64,000 bases of DNA from Octopus bimaculoides (Eukaryota), in NCBI RefSeq assembly GCF_001194135.2, contig NC_068989.1, forward strand, positions 29,035,499 to 29,099,498, in the 5' to 3' direction. The notes below the pieces were generated by a model. The model did not search any database and was not told the origin of the DNA. It saw only the letters and a program-made list of their open reading frames with translations. Made by a program: the position numbers and the translations under genes. Positions 36,961 to 49,248 of this stretch are shown in pieces (the first letter of the stretch is position 1; every line of letters starts with the position of its first letter).

Positions 36961-37244
36961 CGGTGCATGCAACAGGTTGTACTGAGTTACATGATATCAA
37001 TAGCACCCAAAAAATGACCTATGCATATTAGGTAATTACATTTTGTTGGATCAGCTGTTTTAGTCCCTTTATACTAATAAAACCTAAACTGCTGGATTAA
37101 GAGTGGAATTCTTTGTTTCATAGCACCCAACCTCTCAAAAATATGGCTAAGTTAAGTTATAAATATTAATACACCTCTACTGTGACTCCTCACACCTGAC
37201 TAAAATATCAACTTCTAGTATCACATACACTTGCATAGAATTCA

Positions 37245-37455
37245 CCCTTTTGTTACAATATTGCTGTTGAAATTCACTGCCTTTGTTTCAGTTAATAATA
37301 AAATGATAAAGAATTTAGTAAAATAATTTTATCATTATTTAACTGATACATGGAACAAGTAATTTTGATGGAAGTTTTTAATTAAGACCACTTTAAAATA
37401 GGAAATTTTCATCATAGAACCAAGGTTGATCTCCAGCAGTTTGGTATCAAAAGGG
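37245..37455. mobile_element. piggyBac-type MITE, 211 bp
   Basis: ttca|cccttttgttac ... gtatcaaaaggg|ttaa (TTAA TSD, left copy mutated); a reversed relative lies at ~58455-58670. Confidence 0.8.
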
Positions 37456-37574
37456 TTAAATGGTCAAAAGACACACTTTGATTGATACAAACTAGAAATA
37501 TCATTTTCCAAGAAGTTTTCTGTTTGATAGGGCTGGTGTTTTGCACAAGGAAACAAGGTCATCACTTGTGGCAC

Positions 37575-37935
37575 TAAAATCAGAGCACCACAAAGTTTGC
37601 TTCCCAATTACATGGTTCTGAATTCAGTCCCACTGCATGGTACCTTGAGCAAGTGTCTTCTGCTTTAGCCTTGGACTGACCAAAGCCTTGGATTTGGTAG
37701 ATGGCAACTGAAAAAAGCCCATCATGTGTATGCTTGTGTGTTTATCGCCCACTCCTGCTGGATAACTGGTGTTGGTATTTATGTCCCTGTAACTTAGTGG
37801 TTTGTCAAAAGAGACTAATAGATTAAGTACCTAGCTTTAAAAAATAAGTACTGAAATCAATTCATTCAACTAAAATTTTTAAGGGTAGTACTCCAGCATA
37901 GTCACAGTCTAAAGACTGAAACCTGTAAAAGATAA
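37575..37935 (+). mobile_element. tRNA-derived SINE (family C), long form
   Basis: ggttctgaattcagtcccactgcatggtaccttgagcaagtgtcttc...gtccctgtaacttagtgg...agtactccagcatagtcacagtc...gactgaaac. Confidence 0.85.
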
Positions 37936-38309
37936 AATTTCTTAATTCTATTATAAACATGAGAACTTATTAATACATAGAACAGATGAGATCACTCTTG
38001 GAGCAAAAAATGGGAGGATGACATGACTTAACGAGAAGGAAGGGTAAGAGGTATGGTTTAATAATACCCTGTCACATTGATCTAGTGTGAAATATTCCAA
38101 ATTCTACCGAGTGACAGATTTACACAACGGTACACATGATTATAAAACTACATATTTCGTGTTTGCAAGTTAAATATAATTCTTTGACTATATATTTCCA
38201 GCTGGTGCAAATGAGGATGATGGCTAGGAAATGTGGAAAATTACAAGAGGACACTCTCATTGTAGGATTGGAAGAAGGGTGTGTACATTGTAGACCTTAC
38301 CTAGAGCAC

Positions 38310-38955
38310 TGTAGGCGCAGTTACCTCCTTTGACAGTGGGTTTAAAACAAGCTCACTAGATGGCACTAGAGTGTGAGATTCTGACACAAGGTCTTAAAAC
38401 CTTCTCTTTTCTAACCATGACGTCAGACCGTAAAGATGTGATCTAGTCATCTCTCTCACACCACACGCCGGCTAGCAGACAGGAGGCAATGCACAGGAAA
38501 AGTGCATGGCTGCCACATATCAACCATTTCCATTTATCATTCAGCTTGTCTATATACGTGTGGCCAGCATTAAAGACATTTGAAGTTACAGCCTTGTTTC
38601 ATATATATATTCTTTATACCATGTTCCTGTCAAATGATATTACAGCCTTCTGAAGAGAGTCATGTTGAGATGGTCTTGGTATCATGGTTGTGGATCCATC
38701 AAAATGGTGACCCAATGCAACATACACCATAATTCCTTTTAAAATGGTGAACCCTGGATGAATTCTGACCAGTGAATACATATTCCTTTTTCTCCTTTGC
38801 AACTTTGTCTATGCAACCAGACCGCCACTCATCACATAGGAACATACCACTGATGTCTGTTGTCACCATATTGTTTTCTTCACCAGAAAATTTTGGCACC
38901 ATTTTCAAACAGGAAACTGCAAATCATTTTTCTTTGTGTTTTAAGTCAATTTACA
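38310..38955 (+). repeat. 5' LTR (TGTAGG...TTTACA)
   Basis: Starts TG, ends CA just before the PBS; contains ATTAAA; aligns with 43045-43673. Confidence 0.9.
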
Positions 38956-38958
38956 ACT

Positions 38959-38969
38959 TGGTCCTTTGA
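38959..38969 (+). promoter_or_regulatory. Primer-binding site, tRNA-Tyr-like
   Basis: TGGTCCTTTGA versus TGGTCCTTCGA, the complement of the tRNA-Tyr 3' end; 3 nt downstream of the LTR. Confidence 0.65.
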
Positions 38970-39399
38970 ATACACAACGTCCCAGGGGAATTTTTTCTTG
39001 CATGGAAAAAAAAAAAAAAACTATCTGGAATTTTCTCCAGAATTCACTTGGACAACAATTTTTCCTACATGCCGGGTATGAATTTCTTTCTCTTAACCAA
39101 CCGGATTATCCACATGTTGGCCATATTTTGTTCTTCATCCATTAGCAGGGATTTCTCCTATTTTCATTCTCTCTTACTGAAGAAAAAAAATTTCTTAGTT
39201 TGCTGCTCATCGTGTCTTCTTTCAGCTAGGATGTTTGACAGCTATTTCTAACGACATTTTTTCAACCAGCTTGTTCTTCATGGTATTCCATTTTCCTATT
39301 ATCGTCCAAGATGAGTCATTTTCCTTTGCCTCAATATCATGGAGATACTAAGATGTGGTTTTCACAACTGGAATCGTTCTTCATTTCTTCTAATATTCA

Positions 39400-42300
39400 G
39401 TTGGCCCAGAGCAAACTCCAGATAGCTCTTACAGGCATTCCTTCACCTCTCGCACTTTCAGTTTGAGATATGATAACAGGAACTCCATCAAACATGACGT
39501 GTGAAACCTTCAAAGCTGAGGTTCTCCGGTGTAACTCTCCTTCGGATGAGAGTAAATTTTGCATACATTTGCAGGATGAGCATCTCGGTGACTGAACCCC
39601 CACCCAGTTTGTGCAATGAATCCGGGAGTTGTTCGATAGCTCATATGAGGGACAGGCATTTGTCAAACAAGTATTTTTCTCAAGGATGCCTTCTAATGTA
39701 GTTGATTTTAGCTCCTATGATGGAACATACAGCCCTTGAACAACTCGCTGCCTCCCCAGACAGGATTATGGAATTCTCTGGCACACCATCATCTGCTTCA
39801 GGCAACACACAATCCTCCAAAATCTTACAGGCCATTGGAGAACTGACCCGTCAGGTTTCACGCATGTGCAGGAACCATTCTGCAGGGAGGACCAGGTGCC
39901 ACTTCTTCTTGCGTGCATGCACACTTCCTGCTCCATCAATCTACTGGTACCACAGAAAATTCAAGGACTAGGTCAAACAGTGTACACAGCTTTGCTTTTA
40001 CTCTTCTCACGGAAACTAAGCAGGGAGGTACATCAGTTGTCTCCCCCATCGATTCATCCTACCGTGCATTTTTTATCAGAGATGCTAATTCTTCAAAGTC
40101 TTTTATGGTGGACACGGGTACCAGTTTAAGTATTTGATCTCGATGGTTTACCTCTACCAATCCTGGTCTTTCTGACATCTCCCTCTATGCAGTGAATCAC
40201 TCCGCCATCAAAACCTACGGACAAATCTCTCTTACCCTGGATTTATCACTCCGTAGGGATTTCTAGTGGATCTTTGTCATTGTGGACCTGCCCTATCCCA
40301 TTTTTGGTGCTGCTTTCTTACACCACTATTCTCTCAATGTGGACGTTAGAGCACACTGACTCATTGATGACACAACTTCACTCACCGTCTCCGGAAAGGA
40401 TTCTTCTGTCCCTGTTGTGAGTCCTTCTTTCTTCGTGGCCACTTCAGATGACTCCTACCAACAGTTACTTCGTTTCCAGAGCTGACTGATTCGTCATTTC
40501 ATCTGTCGAATCCAGCACATTCCACGAGACATTTCATCATGACCAAGGGACTTCCAGTTTTTTTCCTGACTGTGCCGTTTGTCTCCAGAAAAACTCCGGA
40601 TCGCCTGGGCTGAATTCAAGCACATGCTCCAGCTAAGCCTTATTCGTCCCTCCACAAGCCCGTGGGCAGCACCTTTACACATGGCCAGGAAGGACGCTAA
40701 TTTTTGACTGGTTGGAGACTTTAAATGTCTTCACACTGTCACTATTGCAGATTGCTATCCTCTTCCAAATGTGCAGGATCTTACGTCTGCTCTGCACGGC
40801 TGTAAGATTATTTCTAAAATCAACTTGGTAAGCACGTACCACCATATCCCTGTCAACCCCAACAACATTCCAAAGACAGCTGTCACCACGCCTTTTGGAG
40901 CATTTAAATTCTTGTCTATGCTGTTTGGACTTTGTAATGCTGTTTGAACTTTGTTCCAAAGGTTCACTGATGAGGTCGTTTGTGGGTTAAATTTTGTCTT
41001 GGTACACTTCGATGACCTTCTAATCGCCAGTGCTACTCAAGATCAGCACGTCCAACACTTATCCCAACTGTTCGAGCACCTACATTCCTATGATGTGAAA
41101 AGTAACCCAGCTAAGTGTGTATTCAGTTCTACCAGTTTGGAATTCTTGGGGCATCTCATTGACACCGACGGTATTCATCCGCTTCTCTCTAAAGTGGAAG
41201 CCATCAAGTGCTTGTCTCCTGCTGTTTCCTTAAAACAGCTCAGAAATTTTATTGGTTTAATTCCTTATCATTGTCATTTCATTCCTAACTGTGTGGAAGT
41301 TGCTTCCCTTGACCCAGCTCTTGAAAGATCAACGTAAAAAGAAACCCTGATAACTGTCTTCTACAGCCATCCAAGCTTTTGAATCTGTCAAAGCTGATCT
41401 TGCTCAAACATCCTTCCTCACTCATTGTATTGCGGATGTAAAATTGACACTCACTGTCATGTCATCATCAGCTATTGCTGCAGTTTTAAAGCAATCTGTC
41501 AACAGTCAAAGCCAGCCATTAGCCTTCTTCTTTCACCGGTTGAGATTTTACGATTTTCACCAACCACAAACCGCTAACGTTAGCTCTCTTTACCAAAACA
41601 GACTGGTACTCGCCTAGAGAAACAAGGCATTTGGACTACATATCACAGTTCACTAGTGACATTCGCCACATTGCTGGCACTGACAACATCCCTGCCAATG
41701 CCTTATCTCACCTGCCTATTGATGCATTGTCGTCTCCTGCTTTGATTGATTTGGTTGCTATGGCTACTGACCAACCCTCCTCAGACTCTTTGGACATTTC
41801 TTCACCATAGTTTTCCTGCTGCAAGTTTGAATATTTGCCTCTGCCTTTTTCTGAAGGAAATATTCTCTGCAATGTTTCTACCAGGTCATCATGACCCCTT
41901 GTTCCTGAAAATCACCATTGTGCTGTTTTTGAAGCACTGCATTAACTGTCACATCCTGGCATTGCAGCCATAGTAAAGCTTATCTCGGCCGGCTTTTTCT
42001 GGCCAAAAATGCATCGGTCTATTACTACTTGGTCATGTGTCTGTCTACCATGTCAGCGTTCCAAGGTGCATCATCATGTGAGAGCACCTCTTGGACACTT
42101 CCAGCCACCGGACATCTGGTTCCGTCACATATACTTCGACCTGGTTGGTCCTTGGCTGGTCAGTTGCAGATTTACTTATATATTGACCTGCATTGACTGC
42201 TTCTCCAGATAGCCTGATGCCATCCCTCTCTTGGACATTTCTGTGGAAACAGTCGCCAGAGCACTCATATCTGGGTGGATAACTCTAGAGTACCCTCTAG

Positions 42301-42700
42301 AATTACTACTGATTGTGGACAACAATTTGAAGCTTGTCTGTTCTGTGAGCTTTCAAAATTGCTCAGAGTTCAGCATATCCACACCACAAGTTATCATCCT
42401 GCCACGAATGGTATGGTGGAAAGATTTCACCAACAGCTCAAATTCGCTATTTGCATGGCTCCTGACCCTCATCATTGGTCCGAGTTTCTCCTCATTGTTC
42501 TGCTGGGGTGGCGCTCAGCTGTCAAGGAGGATTTAGGCGACTCCCATGCCGAGCTCCTGTATGGCACCACCTTAGTACTGCTGGGAGAATGTTGGCACCT
42601 GTCAACTTACTGAATCTTATGCCCCACATCTTATGTCACGCGATGCAGGTCACTCTTTGCTGACCTGCCACCGATGCTTCCGCATGACCAATCTATTTCT
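39400..42700 (+). pseudogene. Gypsy gag-pol with many stops and frameshifts
   Basis: Domain order PR-RT-RH-IN; fragments visible in ORF-track entries 39913, 40951, 42009 and 42275. Confidence 0.95.
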
Positions 42701-43029
42701 GGCAGATCGGTGACCAGTCTAGTTCTGGCAGATCGGTTCATTGGCCAAAGAAATTGTCTCAGACTATTCACATTTCTTAACTTTGCCTCGCCAGTGACTG
42801 TTCCGGAGAATAGACTTATGTTGTTATAGATACCACATTCATATTTTCACTCATTCTGTATCATTGTTCTATTTGATTGGACACCCTTGTTTGCTAAACG
42901 TTTTCTTTGTACATAATTGCATTGTATATTTTTTTTCCATTGTCCATAGAACTGTTTTGTCATGGTTCACTCTTTTCTGCCCTCCTAGTGCACACCCACT
43001 CCACTACTTTTAATCAGCCGCTTTCAGTC

Positions 43030-43040
43030 TGGCGGGGGGG
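43030..43040 (+). promoter_or_regulatory. Polypurine tract
   Basis: tggcggggggg immediately upstream of the 3' LTR. Confidence 0.85.
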
Positions 43041-43044
43041 ACTC

Positions 43045-43707
43045 GGTAGGCGCAGTTACCTCCCTTGATAGCGGATTTAAAACAAGCTCACTAGATGGCG
43101 CTAGAGAGTGAGATTCTGACACAAGGCCTTACAACTTACTCTTTTCTCACCGAGATGTCAAACTGTAAAGATGTGATCTAGTCATCTCTCTCACACCACA
43201 CGCCGGCTAGCAGACAGGAGGCAATGCACAGGAAAAGAGCATGGCTGCCACACATCAACCATTTCCATTTATCATTCAGCTTGTCTATATACGTGTGGCC
43301 AGCATTAAAGACATTTAAAGTTACAGCCTTGTTTCATATATATATTCTTTATACCATGTTCCTATCAAATGATATTACAGCCTTCTGAAGAGAGTCATGT
43401 TGAGATGGTCTTGGTATCATGGTTGTGGATCCATCAAAATGGTGACCCAATGCAACATACACCATAATTCCTTCTAAAATGGTGAACCCTGGATGAATTC
43501 TGACCAGTGAATACATATTCCTTTTTCTCCTTTGCAACTTTGTCTATGCAACCAGATCGCCACTCATCACATAGGAACATACCACTGATGTCTGTTGTCA
43601 CCATATTGTTTTCTTCACCAGAAAATTTTGGTGCCATTTTCAAGCGGGAAACTGCAAATCATTTTTCCTTGTGCTGGTCTAGGTATCATGGTTGTGGATC
43701 CATCTAA
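43045..43707 (+). repeat. 3' LTR with an atypical 3' end
   Basis: Aligns with the 5' LTR up to 43673, then carries a 30-nt copy of an internal segment instead of ttttaagtcaatttaca. Confidence 0.85.
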
Positions 43708-44577
43708 AGCACTAAATTCTCTGGCACCAGCTTTGTTACTTGACCAAATAGTTTTCTGACATTAATTATACACTTCACAGTCAGTTTTAGCATAAACACC
43801 ACAGCTATCTTCTGAAGGCTATGTTACTGGTTCCACTATACCACATACTATAGAGGATGATAAAACTTGAAACCTATAACACTTTCTGCCTATTACTAAT
43901 AGCTTAAAGTAAATTGTTAGAGCAGATCATGCTGGCTATGACAGTTCATGATTAAAGTATCTAAGGTTTGATGCAAATCTAGATGCCAGCCTCACTTGTT
44001 TACTAAACAAAACTGAAGCAGAATGTGAAAGATATTAATAGCTACTAAATGATAGAAGGACTGAATAAACAATAGAAGTGTATGTGTGTGTACACACAGA
44101 CACACACTAATGAATGTGGAGAGAAGGGAAGAGGAGGCAGGGGCAGTACAAGCAAAGAATTATACTACCAAATGTTTATTCTGCCTACAGTACTGATATA
44201 CGGAAGTAATTTATAAAAATATTAAGCAATGAACAAAAGATTTTTTTATCTTTTCACCTGTTAGCAATATAACTGGGACATTCCAAGATTGAAAGTGTAA
44301 AGGTATTTTGCTGATTTTTGCTATGATTGTTAGTAAGGTGTAGTTGAAATAGCAAAAACATAATTAATGACTTAGGTATTGCTGTTAGCCTCCTACACCT
44401 AGTACTGACTACTAACATTCCTGATGGTTACAGCACTGCTTTGAATATCCAATATCAATGTTGTTAAGTTGTCAAAAGAGATTGTGCTGATGAAATCATT
44501 GTATTCATAAATGCTACAAATTGACTTAAATTCATTAAGATAAGTCTCATAACAGAAAAAAAAAAACATCTCAGTGA

Positions 44578-44628
<51 letters not shown>

Positions 44629-44707
44629 TGTGTGTGTGCGCACACACACGCTAAGAAAGCTCAGAAGCCAAAAATAGTTATCTATTTCTGGAATTGTTAT
44701 TACTATT

Positions 44708-45218
44708 GAGCAAGAGATCAGTGCAAGCCATCAAAGTGACACTGAGGTAAAATATATTAAATACAAAGCTCAGTTTACCTGTCTGATAAGAGTCCATTAG
44801 GCACATGCATCACAACCATATTCATGTGACAGGGTGACCTCATATCATGATAAATAGTGCATGATCTTGCAGGTGGGACCCAGTTAGAATGTTTTTCAGG
44901 TAAAGTACCCCACTCCTCTCAAAAGGTCATTAAATAAGGGTTGTTTAAGGATGTTGAATGAAACACCTGTTTCCAAAGGCAAATTATTCAAACCCCAAAG
45001 AATTCCTTTCATTACATGGCCATGATTCTCCCCCACTACTTCTGCTTGTGATCAGAGATGCACATATTGTTAGCCACCGAGAGACCTGCTCAGCTGGTTA
45101 AGGTCAAAAAGCAGAATATTTGTTGTAGTCCATCTTTTATACTAAGACAAAACATATACATGATAACACTTCCAATCAGTTAAGATCAGAAGCCATGAGA
45201 GTAAGTGCCTGGTACTGC
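44708..45218. mobile_element. ~530-bp non-coding interspersed element X, copy 1
   Basis: Colinear with 45261-45780 and, reversed, with 55691-56240; ends at (ATT)n. Confidence 0.85.
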
Positions 45219-45260
<42 letters not shown>

Positions 45261-45780
45261 ATGAGGGAGCAGTACATGCCATCAAAGTGACACTGGGGTA
45301 CAATTATGCAAAGCCCAATAAACCCATCATGACTACCCATCTGATAAAGGTATACCAGGCACATGCATTACAATCATATGTGGGCAACATGGTGATCTTA
45401 TATCATGTGCATGACCTTGTAGGTGAGGCCTGGTTAGAATTTTCTTCAGGTTGAGTTGCCCATCCCACTCAAAAGGTCCCCTAATAACGGTTCTTTATGG
45501 ATGTTGAACGAAACACCCATGTTTCTACAGGTGAATTATTCAAGCCCTGAAGAATTCTTCTCAACACACGGCTATAATATTCCCCCACTACTTCCGCTTG
45601 TGATCAGAGATGCACATATCGTGGTTATGGTCAAACTGACAAGCAAATCTGTGGTACTGAGCAGAATATTTACTGTAGCCCATCTTTTATACCAAAACAA
45701 AACAATATACATGATAACACTTCCAATCAGTTAAGATCAGAAGCCATGAGAGCCACTGTCTGGTATTGCATTAGGGCATA
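45261..45780. mobile_element. Element X, copy 2
   Basis: gggagcagtacatgccatcaaagtgacact ... ttccaatcagttaagatcagaagccatgagag...ggtattgc; (ATT)n on both sides. Confidence 0.9.
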
Positions 45781-45781
45781 A

Positions 45782-45816
<35 letters not shown>

Positions 45817-46799
45817 GTGGAGGAATGGCTGTGTGTATGAAGTTTGCTTCCCAACCACATGAATCTGGGAGAAGACTGGCATCTTGGGCAACTGTCTTTT
45901 ACTATAGCTCCAAGCCAATCAAAGCTTTGTGAATACATTTGATAAACAGAAACTGAAAAAAGCCATGGGTATGTGTCTTTGTATTTGCCCACCACCACCA
46001 CCACCACCACTACTTGACAACCAGTTCTGGTCAGTTTACATCCCTGTAACTTAGTGGTTTGGCAAAAAGATTTTGACAGAATAGGTACTTTAAAAAAAAA
46101 GAAATGTGGTTGATTTATTTGACTAAACCCTCAAGGTGGTGTTCCGGCATGGCTACAGTATAATGACTGAAACAAGGTAAAAGATTTTTTAAAAAGACAA
46201 GATAGTGGTGATAATGATAAACATCTGAACATTTAAATGACATCTTACATGGCAAAGAACCTTTTCCATGCCAAATGATACATGGTGAAACTGTTTCATG
46301 TTCATAGGGCATAGAACCCAAAGCAATATGGCTGACAGTTTGGAGCAAATCACTGATAAGGTGAATCCTGACCATGTGAAAACTACTAACATATAGAGTT
46401 TCTCTTGTAGGAGTTAGTCAATTAAACTGACTCTAGTACTTGAGTTGGACATTTCATTTTATCAACCCCAGAAGGAAAGGACTTAGTGAAATTTGATGTT
46501 AAAATGTTAAAAGTTAAATACTGAAAGGCATTTAGTTTGCTGCTCTAATGATTCTACCAATCCCCTCCTCTGAGACATAGCAGTGTGGTTAAGAAATTTG
46601 CTTCACAACTAAATGCTTTTGGTTCAATCCCAATGTGTGAAACCTTCGGGAAGTGTCATCTACATGAGACCTGATCTGTCCAAAGCCTTGTGAGTGGATT
46701 TGGTAGATAGAAACTGAAAGAAGCCCATATAATATAGATGTTAAATGATGATGGTGATGAAATATATATATATATATATGGGTGTGCATGTGTAAAAGC

Positions 46800-47045
46800 A
46801 TATATTTTTGTTTGTACTTCCTTGTCTTAGCATCACATGATATTTGTAAATAAGTATCACTGACATAAAATAATGCTACTCATCTGTAATCTTTCATGAA
46901 AATGTGTCTGGCCATGGCAAAATATTACTTTGCTTGGAAACAGGTAATGGTTGGTGGCAGAGTCTTCAAATGTAGAAAATCTGCCTTAATGAAATCCATC
47001 CAACCCATGTAAGATGGAAATGTGGATGTTAAAATGATTATGATG
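46800..47045 (+). mobile_element. SINE-like element with an RTE-type 3' tail
   Basis: Ends catccaacccatgtaagatggaaatgtggatgttaaaatgattatgatgat, like the RTE 3' terminus, but the upstream body differs. Confidence 0.55.
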
Positions 47046-47739
47046 ATTTCAGCACCAGGCCAGCAATTTTTTGAGTGGAGAGAGTTAGTCAATACCACTG
47101 ACTCCAGTACTTATCAGGTACTTTATTTTATCAATCCTCCAAAAATACAGGCTAAATTGGTCTTGGCAGGATTTGAACTTAGAACATGATGAGCTAGAAC
47201 AAAAACCTAGGGTCTATTATTTATGATAAACCATCAAAACCAGAAATCCTTGCAAGAACTTGCACAGATAATGACTGTACCAATACCAGATCCACTATAG
47301 CCAACTTGCCTATGTCATGACAGCACTCCTATGACTCCATTGGAAGTTGAGGGCCTTAAAAAGAAACTCAACACACATGCACAGACGATATATACATTTG
47401 GAATATCAAGTAAGCCCTTTGATACTATTTAGCCTCATAGTGAAAAGTAAACAAACTGATTACACTACATTTTTATGTCTCCATGGTAATACAAAAAGGG
47501 AAATGGTGTGACAAGCTTCAGATTTTGCAAACCTTCACCAGTGAACAACTCTCCACTTTCTCTCTACAGATAGAATAGTAGCTTAAAGCTATTGATAGTG
47601 TTTACAAATCTGGACATGACTAAACTGGTCTAATTTGCATAAGAGTGCAAACACTGGCAATGTGAGTTAAGCATTACTCATCATTTTTTATTTTGAGAAT
47701 AATTCAAATGTCTACATGACATTTAAATAGTCCTCGTAG

Positions 47740-49248
47740 CATGGAGAGGGACAGCAATCCAAATAGACAGTAGCATGATAGATAAAGCCATGAAGGATAT
47801 GAAGACAGGGAAAGCTCCTGGTGCATCAAGAATCACCACTGAGATGCTTAAAATATCTGGTGGTGTGGTTTATGGTCTAGTCACCCATATTGTTAATCAA
47901 AATGTACACAAGGGACTGATGTAGCAGCACCATAGTCAACTGCTACAAAGGTAAAGGTGATGCCTTAGACAGAAATATAGCACCACTGGTACTATATTCC
48001 TGGTAAAGCAACAGCAGAAAAAGTACTTGGCTTTTGTTGACATAGAGAAAGCCTTTGTCAGGGTTCCTCACTCTTTTAACTGGTGGTCAATGTGGGAACT
48101 AGGGATAGAAGAGTGGCTGATGAGAACTGCACAAGCTATGTACAGGGATGCTGTCAGTAAGGTGAGCATTGGCAACAGGTATAGTAATGTTTTCAGTGTA
48201 TAAGTAGGAGTTTACTAAGGATCGGTCCTCAGCCCCCTTTAGTCCATCAAAGTCTTCTGGGCAATAACAAGAATTTAAGTTGGGCTGTCCTTGGGAGCAC
48301 CTTTATGCTGATGATCTTGTTCTTATAGTTGATTCACTATCAGAATTAGAGAAGAAATTTCAGGTGTGGAAGAATCAAAGGGCCTTAGAATTAATTTAGC
48401 AAAGACCAAAGTTTTAGTAAGTAGGAAAACAGACAAATCACAAATCCTTTCAGAGAGATGGCTCTGTTAGATATGTAGAAAAGGCATAGGTAGAAAATCC
48501 ATAATGCGTACTTGGTGCAAGCTATGGACATATAAGAGGTGCAGCAATATCAGAGGACAGTTAACAGAGGAAATAGTCTTTGTGTGTGGCAGATGTATAC
48601 GTACAATAAACACTAGAAATGTACAAAAAATAGACCTCATCAAATGTCAAGAGGTATACTTAAAGCAGTTGACAACATCTGTTATCTGGGTGACCAAGTC
48701 AGCAAAGGAGGCAGAAGCTCCAAGAAGATAATTGCTAGAATAAGTATAGGCTGGGAAAAGTTCAGAGAGCTTTTACCGTTGATGGTAACAAAGGGCCTAT
48801 CCCTCAGAGTGAAAGACAGATGAGATGCGGTGTGCAAGAGAGAAGACTCCATTGGTATGGTCATGTAATGCATATGGACAAGGACAGCTGTGTAAAGAAG
48901 TGCCAATCTCTAACTGTAGAGGGAACCTGTGGAAGAGGTAGACCCAGGAAGACATGGGACGAGGTGGTGAAGCATGATCTTTGGGTGCTGGCCCTCACAG
49001 AGGTGATGACAAGTGATCGAGACCTTTGGCGATTTGTTGTGTTTGCAAAAACTTGTCAAGTCACTTGTGGCCAGTTCAGGTGACACATAAAAGGTACCCA
49101 CTACATTCTCAGAGTGGCTAGCATTAGGAAGAGCATCCAACTGTAGAAATAGAGCCAAATCAGACTGGAGCCTGGTACAGCTTACCAGCTCCAGTCAAAC
49201 CGTCTAACCCATGCCAGCATGGAAAATGGACACTAAGTGATGATGATG
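47740..49248 (+). mobile_element. 5'-truncated RTE LINE (RT domain, 3' UTR, (TGA)n tail)
   Basis: MKTGKAPGASRITTEMLK, FVDIEKAF, GSVLSP, LYADDLVL, QERRLHWYGHVMHM, GRGRPRKTWDEVV; frameshifted. Confidence 0.95.

Larger units (their letters stand above)
38310..43707 (+). mobile_element. Ty3/Gypsy LTR retrotransposon, full length but decayed
   Basis: LTR - PBS - gag (TCETFKAEVLR, EHLGD*TPTQF) - protease (FMVDTGTSLS) - RT (SPWAAPLH, YPLP, HFDDLLIAS) - RNase H - integrase (CLPCQRSK, DLVGP, YHPATNGMVERFH) - PPT - LTR; AGCAC at 38305-38309 and 43708-43712 is a candidate 5-bp TSD. Confidence 0.97.

Noticed and set aside
38614-38969. Duplicated ORFs at 38614-38969 and 43349-43707 suggesting a gene duplication
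   Set aside because: They lie in the LTR-associated duplicated block; no recognisable protein.
45700-45780. Resemblance of the element X end to U2 snRNA (atcagttaagatcaga; ctggtattgca)
   Set aside because: Two short, imperfect matches, with ~100 nt of U2 including the branch-pairing and Sm sites absent; not distinguishable from chance without an alignment statistic.
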